Assembly (NCBI GenBank): GCA_964482435.1
Contig: CAYZXL010000006.1
Coordinates: 64,661 to 128,660, forward strand
Reading direction: 5' to 3'
Source: an uncultured Verrucomicrobiota bacterium
GTDB lineage: Bacteria > Auribacterota > JABMQX01
Length of the DNA stretch: 64,000 nucleotides
The notes beneath the pieces were generated by a model. That model was not told where the DNA came from. It did not search any database and worked only from the letters and a program-made list of their open reading frames with translations. A program made the position numbers and the translations under genes. Positions 45,446 through 55,150 of the stretch are shown here, one piece after another. Within the stretch, counting starts at the first letter, position 1. Every line of letters starts with the position of its first letter.

Positions 45446-45549
45446 AAATGCTCTCCTGGTCTATCCGCGAAAAGCGGTTGATTTGCTTTTCAATCCTTTT
45501 GAGTCTGTTGGTTTCTGATTTCGTATTGTAGCGCGAGCCCTCTCGTGAA

Positions 45550-46551
45550 TCAACAATTTCCGTCGCGTGCCAGTCGGGGTCGTTTCTGCGCTACTTTCCG
45601 CGACGAGCGGCAACCCATTCGTCCCTCAAAATAACGTCTGACTTCGTCAATGTCCAGCTTAATTTGACTGGCCAGCTCGCCCAGAGTCGCGAACCGCCGG
45701 TCATCCCGCAGCGAGCGATGGAAGACTACTTCGATCCCCTTTCGGTAAATGGGCCTTGCGAAGTCAAGTATATGCACCTCCAGCACCGGCAGGGGAAGTT
45801 CTCCGTCGGCGAAGGTGGGTCTCCGGCCGATATAGAGAGCCCCGGCATATTTTGCACCGCTGACAACGACCTCCACCGCATAAATGCCCCCGGGGGGAAC
45901 CACCTGATCCATCGGATTGATGTTGGCGGTGCGAAATCCGAGCCTCCTGCCGACGGTTCTTCCCCGGACAACGTGGCCCATTATCGAATATCGCCGCCCG
46001 AGAAGGGATTCGGCGGTGGACAAATCGCCCTCCAGAATGCTCTGCCGAAGCATCGTGCTGCTGACGGGCACGCCTCCGACGAAAACCTCGTCCACGATTT
46101 CCACCCAGTAGCCGAGCTTTTCCCCCATCCTCTTCAGGAGTTCGGGAGTCCCTCGGCGCCCCTTGCCGAACCTCGACCGAGGTCCCACGACAAGTCCGGC
46201 AACCCTTAACCTCTTGTGCAGTATTTCAACCACAAAATCGGTTGGACGCATGGACGCTAAATTGTCGTTAAGCTCCGTCAGAACACACGCACCAACGCCC
46301 AGTTCCTCGATGAGCCTCAGCTTGTGGGGCGTGCAGGTCAGAAGCGGAGGCGCGCTCCCTCGCCCGACGGAGCTGCGAGGATGGGGATCAAAGGTCATCA
46401 CAACGCTCGTCAGCCCCAGGCCAGCCGCGAGCTCGACAGCCCTTCTGATGACTGCCTGGTGCCCGAGGTGAACGCCGTCGAAGGTTCCTATCGTCAAGCA
46501 GCAACGCCGACGAAACGGAAAGACCTTCGGAATGTCTCTAATGATTCTCAT
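45550..46551 (-). CDS. ribF: bifunctional riboflavin kinase / FAD synthetase
   Basis: The N-terminus …LTIGTFDGVHLGHQAVI… is typical of FAD synthetase. A riboflavin kinase C-terminal half is present. Confidence 0.9.
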   Translation of the reverse strand: MRIIRDIPKVFPFRRRCCLTIGTFDGVHLGHQAVIRRAVELAAGLGLTSVVMTFDPHPRSSVGRGSAPPLLTCTPHKLRLIEELGVGACVLTELNDNLASMRPTDFVVEILHKRLRVAGLVVGPRSRFGKGRRGTPELLKRMGEKLGYWVEIVDEVFVGGVPVSSTMLRQSILEGDLSTAESLLGRRYSIMGHVVRGRTVGRRLGFRTANINPMDQVVPPGGIYAVEVVVSGAKYAGALYIGRRPTFADGELPLPVLEVHILDFARPIYRKGIEVVFHRSLRDDRRFATLGELASQIKLDIDEVRRYFEGRMGCRSSRKVAQKRPRLARDGNC

Positions 46552-46618
46552 CCTTCACAATCAGCCGATCATGATTGGTCTGCGCATGAGGTCGTACGCG
46601 GTCTCAGGCGGAGGTTCA

Positions 46619-47335
46619 TCAACTTCTGTCGGTCCGCGCCCTCCTCTCCATGGCCACATCCACAGGCAGCAGCATGGGAGCGACCTTCTCTCGGGGCATC
46701 GCCTGGAGCATCTCAAGGGGGCGAGCATCGCGGAAAAGAAACGACCCCGACCGAAGCCGGCAAAGACGCAGCATGCACCCACCCGGCCCCAACTTTTCTC
46801 CAATATCTGCACAGAGCGTGCGAATGTACGTTCCCTTCGAGCATTCGACGAGGAACGTCACCTCCGGCGGATTCAGCTCGAGGAACTCAAGCCTCTTGAT
46901 GATGACGGTTTTCGGCTCCCTCGGGACCTCAATCCCCTTTCTGTGGAGCTTGTAGAGTCTGCACCCTTTGACTTTTTTCGCCGAGACCATCGGGGGAATC
47001 TGCTGAGTCTCCCCGCGGAACTGTCGAAAGACTTCCTCCACCTCCTCCTCGGAAAAGGGCGGGCATGGCTTTTCGGAAAGAACCTTTCCGTCCATGTCCT
47101 GAGTGTCGGTTACTACACCAAGCAGGAGCGTCGTAAGGTAAACCTTATCGTCGTTGATGAAATACTTGACGGTCTTCGTGGCTTTCCCGACGGCGAGGAC
47201 AAGGACGCCCGTCCCGATGGGGTCGAGGGTACCGAGGTGACCGATTTTGTGGAAGCGAAGAACTCGCCTTATCCTCTCCACTACCCCGTGGGAGGTGATG
47301 CCCGGAGGTTTATCCACAATCAAAAAGCCATTCAA
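46619..47335 (-). CDS. truB: tRNA pseudouridine(55) synthase TruB
   Basis: …NGFLIVDKPPGITSHGVVERIRRV…LGHLGTLDPIGTGVLVLAVGKATK… has the TruB motifs including the catalytic Asp. The ORF-track start at 47542 would overlap the upstream DHH gene by 173 bp. The likely start is a TTG near 47335, which gives M/L-NGFLIVDKP. Confidence 0.8.
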   Translation of the reverse strand: MNGFLIVDKPPGITSHGVVERIRRVLRFHKIGHLGTLDPIGTGVLVLAVGKATKTVKYFINDDKVYLTTLLLGVVTDTQDMDGKVLSEKPCPPFSEEEVEEVFRQFRGETQQIPPMVSAKKVKGCRLYKLHRKGIEVPREPKTVIIKRLEFLELNPPEVTFLVECSKGTYIRTLCADIGEKLGPGGCMLRLCRLRSGSFLFRDARPLEMLQAMPREKVAPMLLPVDVAMERRARTDRS

Positions 47336-47369
47336 AAATGAAGAGGGGGTCTCTCGAGACACTGCTATT

Positions 47370-48413
47370 CTATCCTTTGGAGGACGTTTCTTCGGCGGCC
47401 GAACCGGAAGCAAAAGCGTCGGCTCGGCCCAATTCGCTGGCAACCGCTCTGAGGACCTGTTCCTGGACAAACTCCATCGGGCCATTGACCGTACAGCCGG
47501 CGGCGGTGGGGTGTCCTCCTCCCTGAAAGAGTGCCGCCACACGCTCTACCTCCACGGCCTTTTTCTTCGACCGCAGACTCACCTTTACTTTTTGCCCGTC
47601 GCCTTCCTGCTTGAACAAAATGGCGACCTCAACGCCTTCAAGCTCCCTCGGGAAATTCACGAAACCCTCTGTCTCCACGAGAGACCCGCCGACTTTCCGG
47701 AGCATCTCCCTCGTGACCCACATGAACGCTGCCCTGCCGGAGCAGCACCGCTGGAGCGTCGAGAGCGCTTCGCCCAGAAGCCTGTACTTCTGGAGAGAAT
47801 GGCACGCATAAACTCGATCTGCCACCGCCGCGGCATCGGCTCCAAGTTCCACGAGCTTCGCGGCTGCTGTCAGGGAAGAGGATGTGGTGTTGGGAAATCG
47901 AAACGAGCCGGTGTCCGTAAGTATGGCCGTGTAAAGGGCAGTAGCCATCTCGGCTGAAAAGGCATAGCCTGCCCTATCGAAGAGCCAGAAAAGCATTTCC
48001 CCGACGGAGGAAGCCTGCGGGTCAACCCAGTTGAGAGTCCCATGGGTAGTATTCCCAACGTGGTGGTCAATGTTTATTCTCTCCTTCGAATCCGGGACCG
48101 TGCTAGAGAGAGACTCAGGAAGACGAGATTCGCACGGCGTGTCCAGGATGAACACCACGGCCCACGTTTTGGTCGGGCTCAGTGACCGGAGCATCTCCTC
48201 CCGCGCAACAACAAAACGATATTCCGGCGGTATATCGCCGGGAAAAAGGACGCAGGATTTTTTCCCCAGTCCGTCCAGGGCTCGACGAAGAGCGACGAGG
48301 CTGCCCAGAGCATCTCCATCGGGATTGACGTGAGTCAGGAGCAGAAACTCCTGATTGTCCCGAATGACTTCGATAATTCTGTCCTGTATCAGCTTAGCGT
48401 CCGGGGGATTCAT
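47370..48413 (-). CDS. nrnA: DHH/DHHA1-family phosphoesterase (NrnA-like nanoRNase / pAp phosphatase)
   Basis: …LLLTHVNPDGDALGSLVAL… and DHH and GGGH (…FQGGGHPTAAG…) motifs are present. There is a 4-bp overlap with rbfA. Confidence 0.8.
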   Translation of the reverse strand: MNPPDAKLIQDRIIEVIRDNQEFLLLTHVNPDGDALGSLVALRRALDGLGKKSCVLFPGDIPPEYRFVVAREEMLRSLSPTKTWAVVFILDTPCESRLPESLSSTVPDSKERINIDHHVGNTTHGTLNWVDPQASSVGEMLFWLFDRAGYAFSAEMATALYTAILTDTGSFRFPNTTSSSLTAAAKLVELGADAAAVADRVYACHSLQKYRLLGEALSTLQRCCSGRAAFMWVTREMLRKVGGSLVETEGFVNFPRELEGVEVAILFKQEGDGQKVKVSLRSKKKAVEVERVAALFQGGGHPTAAGCTVNGPMEFVQEQVLRAVASELGRADAFASGSAAEETSSKG

Positions 48414-48823
48414 TTCAGTTCGGCGTCGCCCTGAGTCTCCTTGTCCGCGTTGCCGCCATGAGTCTCGTCGCGGTGCTCCCGGCTTTCTCTGATTTCGGAG
48501 AGGAGTTCAGCGATTCGCATCGAATGGTCAATAGAGGTGTCCAGTTGGAAATTCAGCTTCGGCATATACCTCAGCCTTATCCGACCGGATAGTTCCTTCC
48601 GGACGAATCCGGCTGCCGCGTTGAGAGAACGCAGCGATTCCTGCCTATGCTCCTCGTCGCCTAAGACGCTGACTCGCACAAGGGCGCTTCGGAGGTCGCT
48701 CGTTACCTCCACGTCGCTGACGGTGACGAAACCGACCTTCGGGTTTCTGATTTCCCGGCAGAGGATGTCTGCGATTTCTCTCTTGATTAACTCGCCCACT
48801 CTCAGCGTTCTCTTTGTGGACAT
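48410..48823 (-). CDS. rbfA: ribosome-binding factor A
   Basis: MSTKRTLRVGELIKREIADIL…VGFVTVSDVEVTSDLRSALVRVSVLG… matches the RbfA family. Confidence 0.9.
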   Translation of the reverse strand: MSTKRTLRVGELIKREIADILCREIRNPKVGFVTVSDVEVTSDLRSALVRVSVLGDEEHRQESLRSLNAAAGFVRKELSGRIRLRYMPKLNFQLDTSIDHSMRIAELLSEIRESREHRDETHGGNADKETQGDAELK

Positions 48824-48900
48824 GGGACTCTCCTCTCCATCCTGCGAGAAGGTTTAACCCGAAACCAATGGCATGCCGCCCTGCCGCGCAGAACGTCGGC

Positions 48901-49182
48901 TCAAAACATAGTCATTTGAAAATCCACGACTTCGACCTGCCGACACGATTCAATGAAACTCACCACTTCCGACAAGACACGGTTGGTAAATGAGTTGGCG
49001 GTGCTCAGATGCGCGATCCCCAACAAACAACTCTGTCGGCTGGATAGGTGCGAGATTTCCGAAACGGAAACGTTGAAATTATTTCTTATCCTGTCCTTGA
49101 TGCTTTTTACTACCATTCTCTTGTCTTTGAGGGACGAGGCGCCGGGTATCCGCATCTCCACTTCCAACACGCCAATGGTCAT
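48901..49182 (-). CDS. DUF503 (YlxP-like) protein
   Basis: It is 93 aa. It sits between infB and rbfA, as in many nusA-infB operons. The sequence MTIGVLEVEMRIPGASSLKDKRMVVKSIKDRI… matches the YlxP family. Confidence 0.75.
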   Translation of the reverse strand: MTIGVLEVEMRIPGASSLKDKRMVVKSIKDRIRNNFNVSVSEISHLSSRQSCLLGIAHLSTANSFTNRVLSEVVSFIESCRQVEVVDFQMTMF

Positions 49183-49244
49183 GCCAGTCGCTTGTCACAT
49201 TCTCGGAGGCCTCCGGTTGCCCCTTAGCACTGGAGCCTCCCGGT

Positions 49245-51383
49245 TCAGAGGGTTTGCGGTATTTCTTCTATGACGTAGAACTCAAGAATATCCCCTTCCT
49301 GTATGTCCTCCTGTCCCCTCAGCTTGATGCCGCACTCCATTCCGCTCCTGATTTCCTTGACATCGTCTTTGAATCTCTTCAGACTCGCCAGCTCGCCTTT
49401 CCAGAGTTGCTGGTCGCTGCGGAGAAGCACCGCCTTGGCGCCGGTCTGGACTTTCCCATCCTTAACGTAGCACCCGGCCACACGACCAACAGCCGAAGAG
49501 ACAAAAACCTGCCGAATCTCGGCTCGGCCGATGAACACTTCCTTCATCTCCGGCGGTAAAAGGCCTTCCATAGCTCGCTTGATTCTGTCAATCGCTTCAT
49601 AGATGATGTCGAAGCTCTCTATGACCACGTTCTCCTCGCGCGCCATATCAGCAGCAGAAGGGCTCACCTTGCTGTGGAAGGCGACTATGAGGGCTTCCGA
49701 AGCCGCCGCGAGGATAACGTCGGAGTCGTTAACGTCGCCGACGCCGCCGTGAATGATTTTGAGGGAGACTTTCTCCGTGCTCAGTTTCTCGAGGGATTGG
49801 GAGAGGGCCTCAACAGACCCCTGGACATCCCCCTTAATGATAATTTTCAACTCCTTCTTTTCCTGCCCGAGTTCCGTTTTGAAGAATTCCTCGATTGTCA
49901 GCTTCCTCAGCTCCGCGACATCTGGCCGGCGGACTTGCTCCTGCCGCTGGCGGGCGGTTTCTCTCGCTTCGCGCTCGGACTCGGGGGAGGTAACTTCCAA
50001 CCCGACCGGGGGAACACTGTTAAAACCGAGGACTTCCACGGGAGTGGAAGGACCTGCCTCGCTGAGCCTGTTCCCGCGCTCGTCAAGAAGAGCGCGGACT
50101 TTCCCGTAGCACTCTCCCGCCAGGACATAGTCACCCACGTGAAGAGTGCCGTCCTTGACCAGAACTGCCGCGACCACCCCTCTTCCGGCAGAAAGACTTG
50201 ACTCAATCACCACGCCTTTCGCGCTGCGCTCCGGATAAGCCTTGAGCTCCATCATCTCCGCCTGAAGGAGAATCATCTCGAGAAGATGCTCGACCCCATT
50301 TCCGGTGAGTGCCGAAACCTCCGCACAAATCACGTCGCCACCCCATTGCTCCGGGGTGAGGCCACGTTCCGTGAGTTGCTGGCGCACTCTATCCGGAGAA
50401 GCCGTCGCCTTATCGGTTTTGTTGATAGCCACCATTATGGTGACCTCCGCTTCTCTGGCGTGGTTAATTGCTTCGACGGTCTGGGGCATTACTCCATCAT
50501 CCGCGGCTATCACGAGGACACATATATCGGTAACGTTGACTCCCCGGCGCCTCATCTCCGTGAACGCTTCGTGTCCGGGGGTATCCAGGAAAATAATCGA
50601 ACGGTCGTCCGCCGAGACCTTGTACGCTCCAATGTGCTGTGTTATGCCACCGACCTCTCCGGCGACAACGTTGGTTTTGCGAATCGCGTCGAGGAGAGAG
50701 GTTTTTCCGTGGTCCACGTGCCCGATAAAGGTGACCACAGGCGCCCTGGGAACAACAACCTCCTTCTTTTCTTCTACAACGACTTTCTCAGCTTCTTCAA
50801 CCTCCGGCGGCGCCGACGCCTCCACCTCGGGAGAGGCCGGAAGGGTCTCAACTGCTCCCTGCGTTGTCTCGCCTGCCGGACCGGGCACCTCGAAAACCAC
50901 TTCGCGCCCCAGCTCATGGGCGAGAATCTCGACGGTGTCGCGGTCCAGCACGTCGGTCTGGATTATCTTTAACCCGAGTCGCTTGCAGACGCGAGTCAGC
51001 TCCGCTGGCTCAAGGCCCAACTTCGGTGCGAGGCTGCGAACCGTCAGGAGCCGCGTCAGCCTGACCGCTGCCGGCGCCGAAGGCTTCTTCGCCCTCTTGA
51101 TCTTGGCGGGTTTAGCTGGTTTCTTGACGGCCTTTTCGGCTCGTGGCCTGCCAACGCGTTTGGGGGGAGGAGGCGCTTTTTTGGCTTTCGGTTTCCTCCG
51201 GACAACCGGCCTCAACGGCCGAACGGGCCTGGTAAATTCCTGACGAAGCCGTTCGGCGATGTCATCAGGAATAGCGGAGTTCGGGGACATGATGATGAGT
51301 CCCATGATCTCGCACTTTCGTGCAAGCTCATCGTCCGAGACTCCAAGTTCCTTGGCGAGTGTGCTTGCTCTCCGGCCCAACAC
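49245..51383 (-). CDS. infB: translation initiation factor IF-2
   Basis: The GTPase domain is VVTFIGHVDHGKTSLLDAIRKT…DTPGHEAF…NKTDK. The protein is 712 aa with the C-terminal beta-barrels. Confidence 0.95.
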   Translation of the reverse strand: MLGRRASTLAKELGVSDDELARKCEIMGLIIMSPNSAIPDDIAERLRQEFTRPVRPLRPVVRRKPKAKKAPPPPKRVGRPRAEKAVKKPAKPAKIKRAKKPSAPAAVRLTRLLTVRSLAPKLGLEPAELTRVCKRLGLKIIQTDVLDRDTVEILAHELGREVVFEVPGPAGETTQGAVETLPASPEVEASAPPEVEEAEKVVVEEKKEVVVPRAPVVTFIGHVDHGKTSLLDAIRKTNVVAGEVGGITQHIGAYKVSADDRSIIFLDTPGHEAFTEMRRRGVNVTDICVLVIAADDGVMPQTVEAINHAREAEVTIMVAINKTDKATASPDRVRQQLTERGLTPEQWGGDVICAEVSALTGNGVEHLLEMILLQAEMMELKAYPERSAKGVVIESSLSAGRGVVAAVLVKDGTLHVGDYVLAGECYGKVRALLDERGNRLSEAGPSTPVEVLGFNSVPPVGLEVTSPESEREARETARQRQEQVRRPDVAELRKLTIEEFFKTELGQEKKELKIIIKGDVQGSVEALSQSLEKLSTEKVSLKIIHGGVGDVNDSDVILAAASEALIVAFHSKVSPSAADMAREENVVIESFDIIYEAIDRIKRAMEGLLPPEMKEVFIGRAEIRQVFVSSAVGRVAGCYVKDGKVQTGAKAVLLRSDQQLWKGELASLKRFKDDVKEIRSGMECGIKLRGQEDIQEGDILEFYVIEEIPQTL

Positions 51384-52624
51384 TATCCTCCCTGGACCGA
51401 TTCCTTTGCGGCTTTCAGGAGTTTCTCGGCGGTCGCCTTGCCAAAACCGGGGAGTTTTTCGAGGTCTTCCTCTGAGGCAGCGGCGATGGCGTCCACACTT
51501 GTGTAGCCCGCCCCTTCCAGAACTTCAAGAGTTTTCTCGCCCACCCCCGGCAGCGAGAGAATTTCCTGCCGCTTAATCTGCCGTAATTCTTCTATTTTCT
51601 CTTCCGAGAAGATGTCCACCTTCCAGCCGACCAGCTTGTGGCTCAGACGGGCGTTCTGCCCCTTCTTCCCGATGGCGAGAGAAAGTTGGTCTTCAGTTAC
51701 GACGACAGTCACGCTTTTCCCGGCTTCGTTGACCTCCACTCTCTTCAGCTTGGCAGGGCTGAGGGCGTTCTCGACGTACTTTGCGATATCCTCGCTCCAC
51801 TTGATGATGTCAATCTTTTCGCCGTTGAGTTCCCGAACGATATTCTTGACCCTTGCCCCGCGCAGTCCGACACATGCGCCCACGGCGTCAACTTTCTCGT
51901 CGGTCGAAAGGACGGCGATCTTTGTTCGGTGGCCGGGCTCTCGCGCAATCCCCTTTATCTGGACGACCCCATCGGCTACCTCCGGGATTTCCAGCTCGAA
52001 CAATCTCTCCACAAGCCCCGGATGCGTTCGGGAAATTATGACCTCCGGCCCTTTGATGGAATCCTTGACCTCCGTGACGTAAGCGCTGATTCGGCTTCCG
52101 ACAGGATACCTTTCACCAAAGCACTGCTCCCTCGCGGGAAGAATCGCTTCTGTCCTCCCAAGGTCAACGGTCACCAGCCCGTAGCTCTGACGGCGGACCG
52201 TGCCCGTTACCAACGTCCCGACGCGGTCTTTGAACTCGCCGAAAACCAGGTTCTTCTCCGCCTCCCGCAGTCTTTGAATTATGACTTGCTTCGCCGTCTG
52301 GGCGGCAATCCTGCCGAAATCGTGCGGAGTTACTTCGACCCGGATGAGGTCCCCCTCCTTTGCATTGCTGTTTATGGCGACGGCCGTCTCAAGGGAGATC
52401 GTGTCTGGAAGGTTATCACCGGCGCCGGAAACGATCAGAACGTCCGCGAAAACGTGCATGCCGCCGCTGCCGCGGTCTATCTGCACGACGAGATTCCGGG
52501 CCGATGGTAGCGTCTTTTTCGACGCGCTTAGCAGAGACGACTCCACTGCCTCCAGGATTGTGTCCCTGGAGATTCCTTTTTCCCGCTCAATGTAATCGAG
52601 AACCGTCAACAGCTCGCCATTCAT
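51383..52624 (-). CDS. nusA: transcription termination/antitermination factor NusA
   Basis: The start is the ATG at 52624 (MNGELLTVLDYIEREKGISRDTILEAV…), preceded by GAGGGGAG. S1, KH1 and KH2 domains and C-terminal HhH repeats are present. The stop overlaps the infB start. Confidence 0.9.
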   Translation of the reverse strand: MNGELLTVLDYIEREKGISRDTILEAVESSLLSASKKTLPSARNLVVQIDRGSGGMHVFADVLIVSGAGDNLPDTISLETAVAINSNAKEGDLIRVEVTPHDFGRIAAQTAKQVIIQRLREAEKNLVFGEFKDRVGTLVTGTVRRQSYGLVTVDLGRTEAILPAREQCFGERYPVGSRISAYVTEVKDSIKGPEVIISRTHPGLVERLFELEIPEVADGVVQIKGIAREPGHRTKIAVLSTDEKVDAVGACVGLRGARVKNIVRELNGEKIDIIKWSEDIAKYVENALSPAKLKRVEVNEAGKSVTVVVTEDQLSLAIGKKGQNARLSHKLVGWKVDIFSEEKIEELRQIKRQEILSLPGVGEKTLEVLEGAGYTSVDAIAAASEEDLEKLPGFGKATAEKLLKAAKESVQGG

Positions 52625-52659
52625 CCCTCTCAACTCCCCTCGCTTCTGACAATACCTTA

Positions 52660-52690
52660 AACAGAAAAGAGCGGGCTTCGGCCCACTCTC
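52660..52690 (-). terminator. hairpin plus U-tract in the nusA leader. On the minus strand it reads GAGAGUGGGC-CGAA-GCCCGCUCUU UUCUGUUU. It is a candidate attenuator or terminator.
   Basis: A ~10-bp stem with a GNRA-type loop is followed by a U-rich run, 35-65 bp upstream of the nusA start. A -35-like TTGACA (minus strand; plus-strand 52743-52748) lies ~55 bp further upstream. Confidence 0.35.
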
Positions 52691-52848
52691 TGTTTTCAGA
52701 ACAGCGAGTTCGTTAAGTAAGTTACGACCCGCTTGGGTCCTTTGTCAAGAAAAATTCCCGAAAGATGGTAAGGCCTCGCTTGCGGGCAACACGGGCGTGT
52801 TGAGCCGCCCCAGTCTGGGCGAATCCGTTTCGATCGAGCGCGGACGCC

Positions 52849-54168
52849 TCACGGGTTTTCGAGAATGCGGTAGAAGCGGCGCACGACAAGGGAAGGGGGA
52901 AGGCCGGTGAGGGAGCCGTCGTCAATCCAGGAGGTGGTTTGATTGCCGGAGGAGGGGAAGGCCTCGACGGCGAGGGTCCAGGTCAGAAGGTCGTCGGAGT
53001 AGAAAATGGAATAAGTCCTCTCGGCGAGGGAGCTCCAGGCGAAGGTCGTCTCCACCGGACCCGGCCCCAGCGTCAGCTCGTTGATGTGGTACTCATACGC
53101 CCCCATGTCCACGGTTGGGCTCTTCCCGCCATACATAATCCTGTGCGTCCCGACGACGTCCGTCTCGGGAAGGCCCGGGGCACCATTATCGCCTGCGTCT
53201 ATGCAGGGCGACTGCGGCCGGAGCCCGAAGTTCAGAGTGAGTGGGTCAGCAAATTGAGGGTCTGCGTCAATGTTGCCCTCCCCTGGCCAGCCTCCCTCCA
53301 CGTTGCTGTACAGTATTTCGACGGAACCGAAGCGGACGTCGGCCACGGCCTCTTCGGTGTCCCAGATCAGGCTGTTGCTGACGGCGATGTGGCTGGGCCA
53401 CTCGCCGTAGCATGTGAGCCCAAAGACATTGCCCCAGAGGGTGCAGTTAACCAGAACGGGGTTGCGGGTAGCATAGGACCGGACCGCGAAGCCGTTGGCG
53501 CGCAGGATGCAGTTGCTGACGACAAGTTGCGAGTCGCCGTCGACGTTGCGGGCATCGACCCCCCAGAGGTTGCAGGAGATGCGGCAGGCGCTTATCCGGG
53601 CCCGGGCCCAGCCCAGGCAGAGTATAGCCCTTTCGTTTCCATGGATGTCGCAGTGGCGGATCTCGCCTTGAGAGGAGTCCAAGTTGACAGCGGTCGCGTT
53701 CCCTGTGAAGACGCACCCCTGGACGCGGAAATCGCGGCACTCGGCGAGGACCAAGCCGGTATTGTTCCCAACGAAGGCGCAATTCGAGATGAGCACACTG
53801 TCGTCCTGGCCTATATAAAGCCCGCCCTGGGCGTCAGCGATGGTGAGGTCGCGGATGTGGGTCCCATTGGCCCCCACGACTAAGTACCAACCGGCTCGGG
53901 TGAGAGCCCTGACGGTGGTTGCGTCGACCTCGGCGCCGGCCAGGACCATATTGTCCTTCAGCCAGACGGTGCCGAAATAGTCCCCGGGGCCCAGCATCAC
54001 CGTATCGCCTGGAAGGCCCCCGTCCACGGCGGCCTGAACACTCCCCCCTGCGGGCACGTGAATTATTGCTGCCTGCGCGTGGCTGAGGATACATAGCGCC
54101 ACGGCCAGCCTGGCGCCACCCAGGTAGAACGCTGCCAGTACAACAGACGACATCCATACCTTGTTCAT
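52849..54168 (-). CDS. secreted right-handed beta-helix protein carrying the conserved C-terminal module
   Basis: The signal peptide is MNKVWMSSVVLAAFYLGGARLAVALCILSHAQA. PbH1-like repeats are present, followed by the cap GEGNIDADPQFADPLTLNFGLRPQSPCIDAGDNG…VDMGAYEY. The C-terminus is …TFAWSSLAERTYSIFYSDDLLTWTLAVEAFPSSGNQTTSWIDDGSLTGLPPSLVVRRFYRILENP. Confidence 0.65.
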   Translation of the reverse strand: MNKVWMSSVVLAAFYLGGARLAVALCILSHAQAAIIHVPAGGSVQAAVDGGLPGDTVMLGPGDYFGTVWLKDNMVLAGAEVDATTVRALTRAGWYLVVGANGTHIRDLTIADAQGGLYIGQDDSVLISNCAFVGNNTGLVLAECRDFRVQGCVFTGNATAVNLDSSQGEIRHCDIHGNERAILCLGWARARISACRISCNLWGVDARNVDGDSQLVVSNCILRANGFAVRSYATRNPVLVNCTLWGNVFGLTCYGEWPSHIAVSNSLIWDTEEAVADVRFGSVEILYSNVEGGWPGEGNIDADPQFADPLTLNFGLRPQSPCIDAGDNGAPGLPETDVVGTHRIMYGGKSPTVDMGAYEYHINELTLGPGPVETTFAWSSLAERTYSIFYSDDLLTWTLAVEAFPSSGNQTTSWIDDGSLTGLPPSLVVRRFYRILENP

Positions 54169-54183
54169 GTTCGGTCCTCCTGT

Positions 54184-54972
54184 TTATTCTTTCCAGCACG
54201 ATAGGGAGGCGACGTAAACGAGTCTTGGTGCGTTTGGATCGTCATTGACTTTAACCTCCACTCCTATGTCCCACGGGAGTTGCGTCTGCGCGGAGAGAAC
54301 GTTGAACCGTCCCCAGACGTAGCCGGCGTAGCAGTCGCTTTGGTTTGGTATATCAACCTCTGTGATTACAAAATTCTCCCAGCTTATGCTGAACACCGCA
54401 TTCCCCGGTTGGCCCGTATAGCTGGCATACGGGATAACATCCGCCGCGCCGACCGGTTGGCCATTCGTGTAAGCGAGAAAACCGATTCGATGGGTGCCTT
54501 CAGAAAGGCTCACCCTCTGCCACGCCTGCTTGTCCTCTCCGTTGTGCAGTTGCCCGAGATCGTCCACGTATTTTGTCTCGTTTCTGCATTTAATGGAGTA
54601 CGCGTCGCTGCGGAGGGAGGACTGGAACGTTTGCAGCCAGGTTCCGTCTGGAGTCCACTCCTGAACCTTGCACCCGAACCAGCAGCCGGAAATACTGAAA
54701 GCGCGAGGCTCAAGTATCTCATAGGTGCCCTCCTTAACGCTTTGCAAGACAAAAGCCGCCAACCCCTCAGGGCTGCGCCAGCGCCACCGGTCACAATATA
54801 TCGGACCGTGTTGGTTTTATCGTTCCTGGCCCTCTCATAGATATGGCCATGGCCTGCAAACACCATCTGCGCGCCTAACTCTCCCCCCACAGAGTTGCAG
54901 GACGAGAAGTGCGGTCGCGGTGAGAAGCACGGAGACACAGATTGCCGCCCTCCTGACTTTTCCCCTTTTCAT
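54184..54972 (-). pseudogene. frameshifted and internally deleted remnant of a secreted metallophosphoesterase (calcineurin-like / purple acid phosphatase type)
   Basis: An ATG at 54972 with a good RBS encodes the signal peptide MKRGKVRRAAICVSVLLTATALLVLQLCGG. The reading then shifts frame directly into …ELGAQMVFAGHGHIYERARNDKTNTVRYIVTGGAGA, which is the C-terminal GHxHxYER motif of metallophosphatases. The N-terminal catalytic motifs are absent. A second frameshift leads into the 54184-54762 ORF. Confidence 0.45.
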
Positions 54973-55150
54973 TTGTGCACCCCCTTTTCTTCAGGAGTTA
55001 CTATAAGGCTACTTCAGCACATCTCACCTTGATATTAGTGCGCTCGCCTCAGCCCAAAGTCAAGAAGTTTTCTTCGCAATACGAATTTCCCCCACGACCC
55101 GCGTCCCTCGCGAGCCCCCAAACATCCCCTCGTTTTGTGCCAAGCGAGAA

